Shown piece after piece: positions 42,984-53,177 of a stretch of DNA of 53,403 nt (position 1 is its first letter; each line of letters starts with the position of its first letter). The DNA comes from a virus (lineage: Duplodnaviria > Caudoviricetes). Under the pieces are notes generated by a model. That model was not told the origin of the DNA, did not search any database, and saw only the letters and a program-made list of their open reading frames with translations. Made by a program: the position numbers and the translations under genes. The stretch is taken from positions 1-53,403 of IMG/VR virus record IMGVR_UViG_3300025432_000001. One strand, written 5' to 3'.

Positions 42984-43781
42984 TTACAGCTTGATCATCA
43001 CGTTCCAATAAGAACGTGGGTCCATGGTGCTGACCGGACTGCCGCTGCCGGTGTTCGTCGTGGTGATGCCGGTGTCGGCCCCGTTGATGCTGATCCCGGT
43101 ATAGGCCCCGTTGATGCCGATGCCGGTGGCGCTGGACCCCGTCCGCCCTTGGCCGGTCATAGTACCGCCGGAGTATGGCCCGTTGTTTCCTCCGCTGCTT
43201 TCATAAATCCAAAACCCCAGACCGAGCGGAGGACCGTGAGTGTGCCCAGGATCGGAAATACCGTGACTGTGGCTGGGATCGCTGACTCCATGCGTGTGAC
43301 TGGGATCGGAAACGCCGTGGTTATGCGCCGGCAACTGACTTGTGGTCAGGGTCTGTGTCTCTACTCCATCCGCGCCGCCGAGCGTGCGGGTCGTCAAGCC
43401 GGCGCCGGAGCCGGCGATCGCGATCGAGCGGCCGAGTTGCAGCGGCAACGTCATCCGGCAGTTTGCCGCCCAGGCTGCTGCCGCAGTGCCTTGTGCCGCG
43501 CGTGTCGTCGCTGCGCCGGCACTCGTTAAGAGTGGCACGTTCGCGTCGGTGAACGGGCTCGCATAGAACAGCGTGAACAGCGCCTGCGCGGCGGCGTTGG
43601 CATAAGTCGCGCCGGAGGCGGCGCTGCCGATAGTGCTGTCGTTCATCAGCAACCAGCCCGGGTCGGCTGTTTGCTTGAACGTCAGCTTGGCGTCGCCCGT
43701 ACTCCACGAGCTGCTGAGTGTGCCGCCGGCACCGGAAAGATCGCCGCCCAGCGTGAACGGGATCTGCGATATCTCTGTCAT
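42984..43781 (-). CDS. Tail collar / short fibre protein
   Basis: TGDAKL...PGWLLMN collar; LPAHNHGVSDPSH repeats; NVMIKL end. Confidence 0.82.
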   Translation of the reverse strand: MTEISQIPFTLGGDLSGAGGTLSSSWSTGDAKLTFKQTADPGWLLMNDSTIGSAASGATYANAAAQALFTLFYASPFTDANVPLLTSAGAATTRAAQGTAAAAWAANCRMTLPLQLGRSIAIAGSGAGLTTRTLGGADGVETQTLTTSQLPAHNHGVSDPSHTHGVSDPSHSHGISDPGHTHGPPLGLGFWIYESSGGNNGPYSGGTMTGQGRTGSSATGIGINGAYTGISINGADTGITTTNTGSGSPVSTMDPRSYWNVMIKL

Positions 43782-43790
43782 CGCGGCCTC

Positions 43791-44255
43791 TCAGGCCCCG
43801 GCCGCGCTGATAACGCCGCTCGCAGCGACGTTGCCTTGCACCGTGACGTTGCCGTTGATGGTGCATCCGCTCGGCGCGGTGATGGTGACCGCGCCGGTGC
43901 CGACGATGCGAATATTATTCTGCACGAAGCTGATCGTCTGGCCGAAGGCGTCGTAGACCGTGACGCCGCCGACCGGTTGATTTTTGGGCCGAAACTTCGC
44001 TAATTCACCGCCGAAAAAGAGCGCTTTGTCGCTGCGGCCGCCGGGACACGCGATCAGGCCGACGCCACCGGCGGGCGGGTTCGAGCTGAAGCCGAACAGC
44101 GCGACAGTCGGCACATCGGCCGGCTGATCGCCAGCGAGCCCCGATAAATTGACGAGCTGCTGGCTGCCCTGGTCGTTGACCGCCTTCACCGACGCGCGCC
44201 GCAGCATCGTGCGCAGCGCGTCGCGATCGGTGAGATAGGACGAATGCCGCGTCAT
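43791..44255 (-). CDS. Baseplate spike, Mu gp45-like
   Basis: FGFSSNPP, GGRSD, RPKNQPVGGVTVYD and INGNVTVQGNV motifs. Confidence 0.9.
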   Translation of the reverse strand: MTRHSSYLTDRDALRTMLRRASVKAVNDQGSQQLVNLSGLAGDQPADVPTVALFGFSSNPPAGGVGLIACPGGRSDKALFFGGELAKFRPKNQPVGGVTVYDAFGQTISFVQNNIRIVGTGAVTITAPSGCTINGNVTVQGNVAASGVISAAGA

Positions 44256-45433
44256 CCGGGCACCGAGCCAGGCGCGAACGGCACCGGCGGCGTACCGACG
44301 TTCCAGATGCTCGAGGCCGTGCTGCCGGGCGGGCTAGAGCCTTTTGCCGCGGTGCCGCCATAGGCACGCGGATCGACCAGCTCGAGGTGCGCGGTCGAGC
44401 CGCCCTTTGACGCGTGCTTGCCGGAGCCGGCGCCCCCGCGCTTCTGCGTGAACTTGATCTTCTTGATCAGCAGCGCCTGGCAGAGACCGATCCGCTCGCT
44501 CTCGACCCAGACGAGCCAGCCTGGCGTCCACAGCGTGCCGCCGGAATCGCGAAAGCCGTAGGTCACTGCGTGCGCTTTCAGCGCCTCGCCGGCCTCGCGC
44601 TGGCTGTGCGCGTCGGCTAGCGATTGCGCCGTTTCGCTGTCGATGTCGGAATCCTCGACGTGCACCAGCGGCCGGTAACGGCCGGTCGTGAAACCCGGCG
44701 CCGACGATGAAGGTGCGCTCTGCACCGGCGCGGCGCCGCCGCCCCAAACCGAAGCATCCTGCGCGGTCGCTTCGACCTGCAGCGCGGCGGCGTCGGTGCC
44801 CGAGGCGGATTGCCCGCGCACGATGATCGGCGAATGCCGATGCGCCCAGTTCAGATCGCCTTCCAAATCCTTGAGCGGCGCCTGGCCCTGATAAAGACCG
44901 CCGGCGTGGCGCTTGCTGCCCGGTTTGGTGAGCTTGAGCGAGCCGTCGTATTGGCCGCTGAGCGTCAGCCCCTGCGCGCGCGTCAGCTTTTCGCAGGCCG
45001 CAAATCCGGACTCGCCGGGCACGAGCTGATAGCTTTCGACGTCGTCGAGTTGTTGATCGGTCGCGACCGTGACGCCGAACGGCTGCGCCAGCGCCTGGGC
45101 GATCGCCAACGGCGACTGGTTCTGAAAATTGCCGGTGCCGCCGGGATCGATCGCGGCGCAGTCGATGAAATCCTGCGATTTCGACCGGCCGCTGATGGTC
45201 AATTTCTTGAAGGTCGGTTGCAGCCGATCGACATAGCCGGTGAAAGCGACGTCGTTGTTGAACTGGATCTGCAGCGGCGTGCCGGGAGCGAAGATCTGCA
45301 GCCGCTGCGCCGAAGGTGCGACCTCGAAGGAGAAACTATGCGCCGCATGATGATAGCCCGCGTCGACCTCGAAGTTCTTGAAGGTGCCCGTGAACGGCTG
45401 GCCGTTCGCCAGCACGGTTATAACTTCGGCCAC
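44252..45433 (-). CDS. Baseplate hub, Mu gp44/GpP-like
   Basis: FTGYVD, ISGRSKSQDFIDC and GFRDSGGTLWTPG motifs. Confidence 0.9.
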   Translation of the reverse strand: MAEVITVLANGQPFTGTFKNFEVDAGYHHAAHSFSFEVAPSAQRLQIFAPGTPLQIQFNNDVAFTGYVDRLQPTFKKLTISGRSKSQDFIDCAAIDPGGTGNFQNQSPLAIAQALAQPFGVTVATDQQLDDVESYQLVPGESGFAACEKLTRAQGLTLSGQYDGSLKLTKPGSKRHAGGLYQGQAPLKDLEGDLNWAHRHSPIIVRGQSASGTDAAALQVEATAQDASVWGGGAAPVQSAPSSSAPGFTTGRYRPLVHVEDSDIDSETAQSLADAHSQREAGEALKAHAVTYGFRDSGGTLWTPGWLVWVESERIGLCQALLIKKIKFTQKRGGAGSGKHASKGGSTAHLELVDPRAYGGTAAKGSSPPGSTASSIWNVGTPPVPFAPGSVPG

Positions 45434-45451
45434 AGCGCTCGCTCCGGCGCG

Positions 45452-46870
45452 TTAAGGACTCGGCCAATTGACCGGCATGTTCGGCGGCGCCGCGTAGCCC
45501 GGCGCCAGCGCCTCGAACGACAGCGGCATGAATGATGGGTGCACGACGTTGTTGCGCAGCACCAGGTCGACCGCGCGGGTCGGGTCCTGATAAAGCCGCC
45601 ACGCCCACCACAGGGCCGGCATCGATTGCGGCGAGCTGATCGTCACCACCGGCGCCAGATTGGCCATCAGCTGCGTCAGGTATTGCACCACGGCGCCCTG
45701 CAGGTCCTGCAGCGCGACATAGACCGGAAAGCCGGCGGCGCCGGTCCAGCTGCCGAGCTCGTCGCCGACGATTTCGGCGAACAGCGCGCGCGCGGCCACC
45801 GCATCGGCCCGGCTTTGATAAGTCTGCCGCTCGAGCGCTTCGCCCCAGGCGGCGAGCGCGGCGATCCGCGCGAACGCCAGGATGGCGGCGGCGTTCGCCG
45901 CGGCCGCAACGGCATTCGGCGATGCACCAACCGCGAGCGGTGTCGGTATGACGGCCGCGAGCGCCTGATAGAGAGATAGCATCGCGCCGGCGCCGGCATC
46001 GGGATTGCCTTGGAGGCCATCGGCGAGCTGGCTGATATTGGCGCCGATTGTCGCCGCGAGGATGGCGGTCGGATCGGTGAGCGAAGGCGAAATCGCCGGC
46101 GCCTTGTCAAGCAGGGTGACGATGGCCGAGGCGACCGCCGCTACCTCCGGGTTCGGCGAATTGATCAGCGATGACGCCGGCGTCGTCTTCAGCGGCGCGG
46201 CCGCCGGATTGCCGTAGGCGATCAGCAGTGGCGCGGCGGTGACGATCGCGACATCGGCGGCGGCGACCGCTGCCGAGGTATCGGCGTCGACCGGATTGAC
46301 AGAGCGCACCGTCTCGATCGCCGCGACCACGTTCGCGACCTCGTCGACTGCGCCGGCGACGATGTAATCGGCCGGATTGTTGAGCACCAGCGCGTCGGGA
46401 AACATCCCCGCGCCGGCCTGCCACAGCGCGGCGGCCTGTTCGAAGACCGTCTGGCCGAGCTGCGGCACAGAAACGAACGGCGCCGCCGGCGTCACCGGCC
46501 CGGCGGAGACAAACTTCAGATGGAAGGTGATGAAGCCGAGCTTGTCTTTGTCGCTGGTGCGCTTGAAGTCTTCGCAATGAACACTGACCGGGCCCATGAT
46601 CGGCACGACCAGCGTGCCCGGGCCCTTGCTCTCGAAGATCTGCTCGAGCGCGACCGCCTGCTGGTCGGCGACGTCGCTCGCCACGTAGGCGAGACCGGAG
46701 AATTTCCGCGCCTTGATGCCGGTGTCTTCGACGTCCCAGCTTTCGGCGCCGAAATATTCATGCACTTCGGCGTCGCGGCCGCCTTCGGAATCGTCGTGCT
46801 CGAAATAGAACGGCACGCCCATATAGGACGCCGGCCACAGCGTGCTGATCCAGTCGCGGGCATAAACCAT
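45452..46870 (-). CDS. DNA circularisation protein (Mu N-like)
   Basis: WISTLWPASYMGVPF, GPGTLVVP and PALWWAWRLYQD...RNNVVHPSFMP motifs. Confidence 0.92.
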   Translation of the reverse strand: MVYARDWISTLWPASYMGVPFYFEHDDSEGGRDAEVHEYFGAESWDVEDTGIKARKFSGLAYVASDVADQQAVALEQIFESKGPGTLVVPIMGPVSVHCEDFKRTSDKDKLGFITFHLKFVSAGPVTPAAPFVSVPQLGQTVFEQAAALWQAGAGMFPDALVLNNPADYIVAGAVDEVANVVAAIETVRSVNPVDADTSAAVAAADVAIVTAAPLLIAYGNPAAAPLKTTPASSLINSPNPEVAAVASAIVTLLDKAPAISPSLTDPTAILAATIGANISQLADGLQGNPDAGAGAMLSLYQALAAVIPTPLAVGASPNAVAAAANAAAILAFARIAALAAWGEALERQTYQSRADAVAARALFAEIVGDELGSWTGAAGFPVYVALQDLQGAVVQYLTQLMANLAPVVTISSPQSMPALWWAWRLYQDPTRAVDLVLRNNVVHPSFMPLSFEALAPGYAAPPNMPVNWPSP

Positions 46871-46876
46871 GGGCGG

Positions 46877-48850
46877 TCACGGCAGCATGTTGCCGGCGCC
46901 GACGTCGGGCCACGAGACGCCGCGGTTGCCGGTCGAACCGCGGACCTTGATGCCGGTGATTTCGCCGGCGTGCTCGATCGCCGCTTCCAATCCCTCCGGG
47001 ATCTCCACCTTGACCGTGAGCGTCGCCTCGCCTTTGATCTCGACCTGTTGCGGCGCCTCGACTGCGGCCTGCCATTGTTTCTCGGCGCCGACCGAAGCCA
47101 GCCAGGCAGGCGGTTCCACCGGCGCCGGCGAGGCTTTGCCGAACCATCCGCCGCCGCCTTCCATGCCGGCCCAGCCTTGGGGACCCAGCGTTTCCGCGAG
47201 GCGCGCGTTGACCTCCTTGGCGCGCTTCGGATCGCTCATGATCGAGCCGAGCCAGCCGCTATAGGCCTCGGCCGCGATCTCGAACGGCAGCACTTCCGGT
47301 CCGAGACCGAAGCGGATCGCTTTCAGCGGCGCGCGCATCAGCGTGGATGCAAATTCCTTGCTCAGCACACCGAACTTGCCGGCCATTCCGACCGCGCTCT
47401 CGTAGGCGATCAGCGCGCCGCCGGCGATCGTCGCCGCCAGGCCGGCCTCGGTGGCCTTCTGCACCGCCGGATGCTTGTGTGCGGCCTGATTGAGGTAGGC
47501 GATGCTGTCCGCAATCGCCTTGAGCGAGCTCGCCGCCGGCTGCGCCAGCGGACCGGCAGCAACTTGCATCAAATTGGTGAGCTGCTCGGTGACGGCATGA
47601 ACGCCCATGCCGACATCCTTACCCAGGAAGGTGTCGGCGGCCTCCAGCCCCTCCGCGTGCTCGATGAGTCCCCAATCCTTCATGATGCGCGATTGCTGCG
47701 TCGCGAGCACGCTGACCAATTGCTGAGCGGTCGCATCGCGAAAGACCGTAGCGATCTCGCCGAGAATCTTTGTCTTGTCGGTGATCCCCTTCTTGGCGAG
47801 CGCCGGCAGGAAAATCTCGTTCACCCAGCGATAGGGATCGGCGGCGGCGAGCTCCCAGCCGGTGACCGCACCCGGCCTGACCGACGTCACGATGCCGGCC
47901 TTGGAGATTTTGACCTTCGATTTATCGCCGATCAGGCCAAGATCGAGCAATTCGTTGGCCGCTTTCACCTGCATCCGGCCGCCGACGAGCGTCTGATAGA
48001 AAGTGCTCAACGCCTTGCCGGCCGAGGACCCGCCCATCTCCTGGGCGAAGGTGGGCGCCGTCATCAGCTGGAACCGGTCCGACAGCGCCTGCGTTGCGCC
48101 GCGACCGTATTTGAACATCGCGTAATAATCGGTGGGCTTGAGCGTGTCGCCGAAGACGTTGAGCGCCTTCGCCATATTGTCCATGTAGTGAGTGAACTTC
48201 GGCAGGTTCTGGGTAACGCCCTTGATCTCCATGCCCTTGATGAGCTGATCGAAGTCCGCTTCCAGCTCTTCGGTACGCTCGGGATGCGCACCCATGGCGA
48301 CGACGCGCATTTTCGCCATCGGCTCGACGACCTTTTGCGCCTCCTCGAACGAGCCGACGATCGAGCGCGCGTTGCGCAGCATGTGCAACAGCGTGGTCTG
48401 CGACAGTGCCGGCAGCCTGGCCGAGACGCTCGCGGCCGCCGTTTCGGCCTCGCCGATTTCCTCCGGCGTCATGCCGGCGGTTTCCATGCGCACGCGCTCG
48501 TGCTGGCCGGCTATTGCCGCATGCGCGGTTTTTGCCGCCAGCTCATGGGTAACGTGCGCCGCCTCGTAGGCCGTGGCGCCGGCCATTCCGCCGGCGATCA
48601 GCGGTCCAAGGTTCCGGCCGATGACCTGCGAGAGCCGTTCGATGCGCTGCAACTTGCCGTGCAGCATGTCGAGCTTGGTGCCGGCGTGGTCGATCGCCGA
48701 GCCGACGTTGAGAAAATTGCGGCCGACGCCGTCCATGCGCTTGCCGGCGGCCGCGAGCTTGTCGAATTTGCCTCCGACGGCGTCGAACATCGCGCCGGTC
48801 TTGTCGCGGCCGCTGATGACCAGCTGCGACTCGAGGACTTTCGGCGCCAT
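46877..48850 (-). CDS. Tape measure protein
   Basis: 657-aa Ala-rich helical ORF after the chaperone; LVISGRDKTG start. Confidence 0.85.
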   Translation of the reverse strand: MAPKVLESQLVISGRDKTGAMFDAVGGKFDKLAAAGKRMDGVGRNFLNVGSAIDHAGTKLDMLHGKLQRIERLSQVIGRNLGPLIAGGMAGATAYEAAHVTHELAAKTAHAAIAGQHERVRMETAGMTPEEIGEAETAAASVSARLPALSQTTLLHMLRNARSIVGSFEEAQKVVEPMAKMRVVAMGAHPERTEELEADFDQLIKGMEIKGVTQNLPKFTHYMDNMAKALNVFGDTLKPTDYYAMFKYGRGATQALSDRFQLMTAPTFAQEMGGSSAGKALSTFYQTLVGGRMQVKAANELLDLGLIGDKSKVKISKAGIVTSVRPGAVTGWELAAADPYRWVNEIFLPALAKKGITDKTKILGEIATVFRDATAQQLVSVLATQQSRIMKDWGLIEHAEGLEAADTFLGKDVGMGVHAVTEQLTNLMQVAAGPLAQPAASSLKAIADSIAYLNQAAHKHPAVQKATEAGLAATIAGGALIAYESAVGMAGKFGVLSKEFASTLMRAPLKAIRFGLGPEVLPFEIAAEAYSGWLGSIMSDPKRAKEVNARLAETLGPQGWAGMEGGGGWFGKASPAPVEPPAWLASVGAEKQWQAAVEAPQQVEIKGEATLTVKVEIPEGLEAAIEHAGEITGIKVRGSTGNRGVSWPDVGAGNMLP

Positions 48851-48920
48851 TATCGTTTCCGCCTATGCCAGGCCGCCGCGCGGGCGTGCCAGCGCTGGAG
48901 CTGGCCGATCGGCAGTGCGC

Positions 48921-49304
48921 TTATGGCGCTACAGTCTTGCCCGGCGCCGAAGGCGAGCTCGTCGGCGAGGTCCCCGAGGCCTCGCCCACCTCGTCGCCGT
49001 CCCGGAAAAAACTTTTCACCGCCTGGCGGACCGCTCTCGCCAGCTCCATGCCGCCGTCCTGAACGATGAGCGCGTCGGGCTCGACCAGCAGGATTTCGCA
49101 ATATTTGGTGATGACGGCCTGGTCTTCGATGATGAAGGGGATTCGCGAGCCCGGAGAGACGCCGACCAGGAATGGGTCACCGATCTCCATATATTCGGCA
49201 TAGGTCGGCTCGCGCAGGACCACTTTGGTGACCACGTCATGACCGACGATCGGCTTGTCGAGCTTGATGGTTTTGGTCCGGCCGGCTGGCTTGTTCTCGG
49301 TCAT
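48921..49304 (-). CDS. Tail assembly chaperone, with predicted -1 frameshift extension to 48850
   Basis: IKLDKPI...VVLREPT motif; slippery T TTT TTC at 49005-49011. Confidence 0.82.
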   Translation of the reverse strand: MTENKPAGRTKTIKLDKPIVGHDVVTKVVLREPTYAEYMEIGDPFLVGVSPGSRIPFIIEDQAVITKYCEILLVEPDALIVQDGGMELARAVRQAVKSFFRDGDEVGEASGTSPTSSPSAPGKTVAP

Positions 49305-49349
49305 TGTCTCCTCGTGCGCGCTCGCGCGATTGCAGAGAGCCAGCGCGCG

Positions 49350-49724
49350 CTATTGCGTCGAATAAGTGCCGCCCTCGATCTTCAGCCCGTCGATCTCGCC
49401 GGTGGATAAGTTGTGCTTGGGCGTGCCGGTGAGCCGCGTATTGGTGAACAGGTGGGTGACGTTGTTGTCGATCTCGCGGATCGTGCAGTTGCCGATCTGC
49501 AGCAGCAGCCCCTTCCAATTGATATTGGCCGATATCCGGAGCTTGAACTCGGCACCCGGCTGTTTCGGCTTGAGCATATAGGCGGGACTGCCGTCCTGAT
49601 TGGTCTTGACTTCGGCCGTATAGATTGCGGGATCGAGCATCACATCGGCGTCGGCGATCGGCGTCGACCAGCCGTTGAAGGTGAAGGTGACGCGGCCGCC
49701 GAATTGGTTCGGAACAGCAGTCAT
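49350..49724 (-). CDS. Tail tube protein
   Basis: 124 aa directly after the sheath gene; FGGRVTF, NQDGS and TGEIDGL motifs. Confidence 0.82.
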   Translation of the reverse strand: MTAVPNQFGGRVTFTFNGWSTPIADADVMLDPAIYTAEVKTNQDGSPAYMLKPKQPGAEFKLRISANINWKGLLLQIGNCTIREIDNNVTHLFTNTRLTGTPKHNLSTGEIDGLKIEGGTYSTQ

Positions 49725-49827
49725 GGAGCTTTCTCCAATTCGCCCGCGCGCGAGCGGGTTGCGATAGCGCGTTCACGCGCGTGAACGCGCGGATGCCGGC
49801 GCGACTGCGCGGGCGTACTAAAAAGCT

Positions 49828-51348
49828 TTATGGATTTGCCAAGGCCGCCAGCGGTGCGCCGGACGGCGAGTAGTATTGCAGGAACGCCGTCACGTTGGCG
49901 GCGAAGATGCGCAGCCCGGCGACGAATTCGAGCGGCAGGTACGAATCGCAGCGGCTCGGGTTGGTGGCATTCTGCACCACGACCAGAAATGTGGCGAAAC
50001 TCGCCGCATCCTGGGTGACGCCGTCGGCGACGAGATCGGTGTAGGCGTGAACTTCGACGGCCGCGACGTCGGCGGGCGTGACGATGGTCGCAACGTTGAA
50101 GGGATTTTCCGCCGCAAACGCCTTGCGGCCGAGCTGGGTCTGCACCTCGCTGCGCAGATAGCGCAGCGCGAACATGCCCTGTGCCATGGTCTCGGTGTCC
50201 ATGAACGTCTGATCGGGCGCGTTGGCCGAATTGGTCTTGTAGGTGGTGACCATGCGGTTGATCACCACTTCACCGGACGAATTCACCGTGAAGCCGGCGA
50301 TGCCGTAGCTATAGAGCGCCTGCAGGTCGGAATTCTGCCACCACTTGGTGCGATCGAATGGCGGCAGCACGCCTTGCAGCACGATGCCCTGCATCGGCAC
50401 CGAGCATTGCGGCGCGGTGCCGAGGTTCTGCACCTCGGCGCCGCCGAGCGCGGCGGCCCATTCCCAGGGCGGGGTGCGGAACACCTGCGCGCCCATGACG
50501 GTTTCGTGCTGATTGTTACGTCCGGAGCCGAATGTAGTCTGGGTCGAGAGCGTGCCGGCCGCGACCGAGGTGTGATGGCCGTAGATCTGCTGGAAGGATG
50601 ACCAGCGGCCGGACGCGTCGCTGAGAAATTGCTGGATGGCGGTGAGCGAGGTCGAGTCCGAATACGGCGACGCGATCCAGTCGAACGGTATCGAGCCGCA
50701 ATTGGCCAGCGGCGTGGTGAGTGTGGGAATGCCGGAGCCGCCGGACATCGGCGTGACGGTGGCGTTGGCCGATTGCAGCACATTCGGCTGATTGGTGACC
50801 AGCGCGACGGCGATATTGTTGCCGAGCGCGCCGAAATGGCGCGCCGTCAAATTCATCTTGTTGGTGGTCGAGCCATCGACCGCGGCGACGATCGGCAGAT
50901 TGAGCGCATTGACCGCGGCGACACCGTTGGTTGTGATTGTGGGGGCGGTGTCGGAGGCGTTCACCTGCCAGGCGACCAACCGTCCCATCACCTCGATCAG
51001 CGCGGCGCCGGCGACGCCAGGCGCGGTGAAAAGAATGCTGCCGGTCGCGGCGGCGCCGGCGGGATCGGATAGTGGGAGCGCCCAGATTTCCTGGGTCGGC
51101 GCCTGCAACCGCGCAGTGTTGTACATGCCGACCAGCATGGAACCGAGGCCGAAGCGAGCGATCGCGTCGGCCGTGCTGGCAATCGGGCCATAGGGGACGC
51201 CGGGCGTCGCGTTTCCGGCCGAAGTCATCTGCCCGACCAGCAGCTCCTGTGTCTCGCCGGAATAGGGCGTGCCGCCGGAATTGAACTCGAACGAGGCGAA
51301 GGGGACGAGCGTGTTGCCCGGCACATTATTGAAAGGAACGGTGGTCAT
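49828..51348 (-). CDS. Tail sheath protein (Mu gpL-like)
   Basis: LVGQM, FGLGSML, GRWS..QQIYGH and INRMVTTYKTN motifs. Confidence 0.95.
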   Translation of the reverse strand: MTTVPFNNVPGNTLVPFASFEFNSGGTPYSGETQELLVGQMTSAGNATPGVPYGPIASTADAIARFGLGSMLVGMYNTARLQAPTQEIWALPLSDPAGAAATGSILFTAPGVAGAALIEVMGRLVAWQVNASDTAPTITTNGVAAVNALNLPIVAAVDGSTTNKMNLTARHFGALGNNIAVALVTNQPNVLQSANATVTPMSGGSGIPTLTTPLANCGSIPFDWIASPYSDSTSLTAIQQFLSDASGRWSSFQQIYGHHTSVAAGTLSTQTTFGSGRNNQHETVMGAQVFRTPPWEWAAALGGAEVQNLGTAPQCSVPMQGIVLQGVLPPFDRTKWWQNSDLQALYSYGIAGFTVNSSGEVVINRMVTTYKTNSANAPDQTFMDTETMAQGMFALRYLRSEVQTQLGRKAFAAENPFNVATIVTPADVAAVEVHAYTDLVADGVTQDAASFATFLVVVQNATNPSRCDSYLPLEFVAGLRIFAANVTAFLQYYSPSGAPLAALANP

Positions 51349-51614
51349 CGCGTGGCCTCGGCTTTTGCCGCCGACTTCGACGGCTTGGGATCAGGCTTCG
51401 GTTGCACCGGCGCCGGCGCGGGCTCGAGCGGCGGATTTATCTCGACCACGTCATCGTCGCGCAGCCGCGCCGCCCAATAGGAATTCAGCGGCTTCCATTC
51501 GCCGGTGGCGGCGAGCGGCCGGCCGCCCTGCTGCGGGTCCGGCACGACGCGCGCGATCGGCACCTTGGTGACCGGGTCCGTCATCGGCGCCGGCTTGATG
51601 AAGACGTTTTGCAT
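51345..51614 (-). CDS. DUF2635-like small protein
   Basis: FIKPA...VPDP...L...GE......YWAARLRDDDV; overlaps the sheath start. Confidence 0.85.
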   Translation of the reverse strand: MQNVFIKPAPMTDPVTKVPIARVVPDPQQGGRPLAATGEWKPLNSYWAARLRDDDVVEINPPLEPAPAPVQPKPDPKPSKSAAKAEATR

Positions 51615-51652
51615 TTTGGTGAGTCTCTCGTGCTCGCAGCAGCGAGTTGCGC

Positions 51653-52447
51653 TCAATCAGAGGGGTAAAGATCGTCCACTTCGCCGACGATGTTCGGCGT
51701 CGCCGGAATCGCGGCGCCGGGCAGATGCGCCTTGACGTTGAGCCCGACAGTCTCCAGCGGCACGCGCAGGGGCATTTGCGGGAAGGTCGGCTCCTGGATC
51801 AGGCCGTCGATCACGCGGCGGCCATAGGAATTCTCCGGCAGCATGCAGGCGACGGTCTTGAGCGGCTCTGGCAACAGAGCAAAACCCGTGAGCTGTTGCG
51901 CCGGCGCCGGATCATAGGCATCGTCGCCGTTGACCAGCACCTTCCAGGTGATGGTGCGTCGCGCCAGGCGCCGGCCTTCCTCCGAGGTGCGATGTACGGT
52001 CGAGCGGATGTTGGTCACGCGCGAGGCACACACCTTGCGGAAGATCAGGCCCGAAGGCGCGTAGAACAGCGTGAAATAGATTTGCGCGCTGATCAGATTG
52101 AGTGCCGCCTCGAGCTCGGCATCGGTCTCCGGCCATCCGACCGTGAAAATCTGGGGATCGGCATCGGCGGCGGCCTTTACCACCACCGAGCACTCGAAGA
52201 TGAGGTCGATGCATAGCAGATAAGGCGGCCCGCCGCGTTTCTGGCCGGCCTCATGGCTGTCGTCGTCTTCCGCATAGATGACGATGATCGGCCGCTCTTC
52301 TTTCTCCTGCAGGTCCTCGAGTGGGTCGATGCGGCTGTCGTAAATGTGCTTCTTCGCCAGCGTCGGCCAGGGACCGTCGGCGAGCAGCGCCGGCGTCGGC
52401 CTTAAGCCTTCGATGGCGGCGAGTCGCAGCGCCAGGGATGACAGCAT
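51653..52447 (-). CDS. Putative tail terminator / neck protein
   Basis: IYDSRIDP and PIIVIYAEDD motifs; position upstream of the sheath gene. Confidence 0.65.
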   Translation of the reverse strand: MLSSLALRLAAIEGLRPTPALLADGPWPTLAKKHIYDSRIDPLEDLQEKEERPIIVIYAEDDDSHEAGQKRGGPPYLLCIDLIFECSVVVKAAADADPQIFTVGWPETDAELEAALNLISAQIYFTLFYAPSGLIFRKVCASRVTNIRSTVHRTSEEGRRLARRTITWKVLVNGDDAYDPAPAQQLTGFALLPEPLKTVACMLPENSYGRRVIDGLIQEPTFPQMPLRVPLETVGLNVKAHLPGAAIPATPNIVGEVDDLYPSD

Positions 52448-52462
52448 GATTGTTCCGGCCGA

Positions 52463-52756
52463 TCAGGCCGCGGTTTTCTTCTCGCCCGCGGGCTGCTTCT
52501 CCGCGTCGATCTGCTGGTCGAGCGCGGCGACTTCGCGGTCGATGTGATCGTTGACGGTCTTTACGCCGGCGTCATGTGCGGCAGTGCGTTCGTCATGCCA
52601 CTTCGAAAGGTGCTCGAGCTCGGCGGCGAGTGCAGCCTTCCTCGCGGCGACGTGATCGCCCGCTGCCTGCAAATTCTTCTCATGGATCGCCAGCTGCTTG
52701 GCTTTCCAATCGAGCAACCGCTGGCGCTCGCTTTGCAGCGTGTCGAGAACAGACAT
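52463..52756 (-). CDS. Hypothetical coiled-coil protein
   Basis: AGGA RBS; 97 aa. Confidence 0.7.
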   Translation of the reverse strand: MSVLDTLQSERQRLLDWKAKQLAIHEKNLQAAGDHVAARKAALAAELEHLSKWHDERTAAHDAGVKTVNDHIDREVAALDQQIDAEKQPAGEKKTAA

Positions 52757-52769
52757 ATTTTTGGTCCTT

Positions 52770-53177
52770 TTACTGCGGGCTCAATAGATTGAGGTCGACC
52801 TGCAGGCGGGTGCCGGCGGAAGGAAATTTCGGCTCGGCGATATGGAAGAGCTCGTCCGTCCTATGCCGGCGCAGGCGGTCGCCCTGCTGTGGCCGGTAGG
52901 GCAGCTGGTCCATATCGAAGTCGATCTGCGGCCGCGCCGAGGCGTGGCCGGGAAGCTCGGGCTTGACGCCCTGGCGGCGCGCCTCGGCCGAAAACGCGCG
53001 CGCGTAGGGCTTCAGATAGGCGCCGACGATTTCCTTCAGCACACGACCCGGATCGGGAGCGCCGCGGGCGTTGACGTCATCGTTTGCCGACGCCCAGGGT
53101 AGATACGTCCACCGCTCCGCATAGACGGCGTCGACGGAGCGAGAATGAGCCGCGAGCGCATCCTCGTACACGGTCAT
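52770..53177 (-). CDS. Putative head-tail joining protein
   Basis: RPQQGDRL..., FHIAEP motifs; position after the capsid gene. Confidence 0.65.
   Translation of the reverse strand: MTVYEDALAAHSRSVDAVYAERWTYLPWASANDDVNARGAPDPGRVLKEIVGAYLKPYARAFSAEARRQGVKPELPGHASARPQIDFDMDQLPYRPQQGDRLRRHRTDELFHIAEPKFPSAGTRLQVDLNLLSPQ

Noticed and set aside
46520-49069. 849-aa plus-strand ORF and similar long antisense ORFs (e.g. 4150-5625, 2315-3562, 32908-34314)
   Set aside because: Shadow ORFs of high-GC3 genes on the opposite strand; Arg/Gly-rich or mirror-like composition with no motifs.
44252-51348. Transposable (Mu-like) phage or stand-alone tailocin
   Set aside because: The tail is Mu-like, but no MuA/MuB transposase is present, and full head, terminase and integrase modules are.
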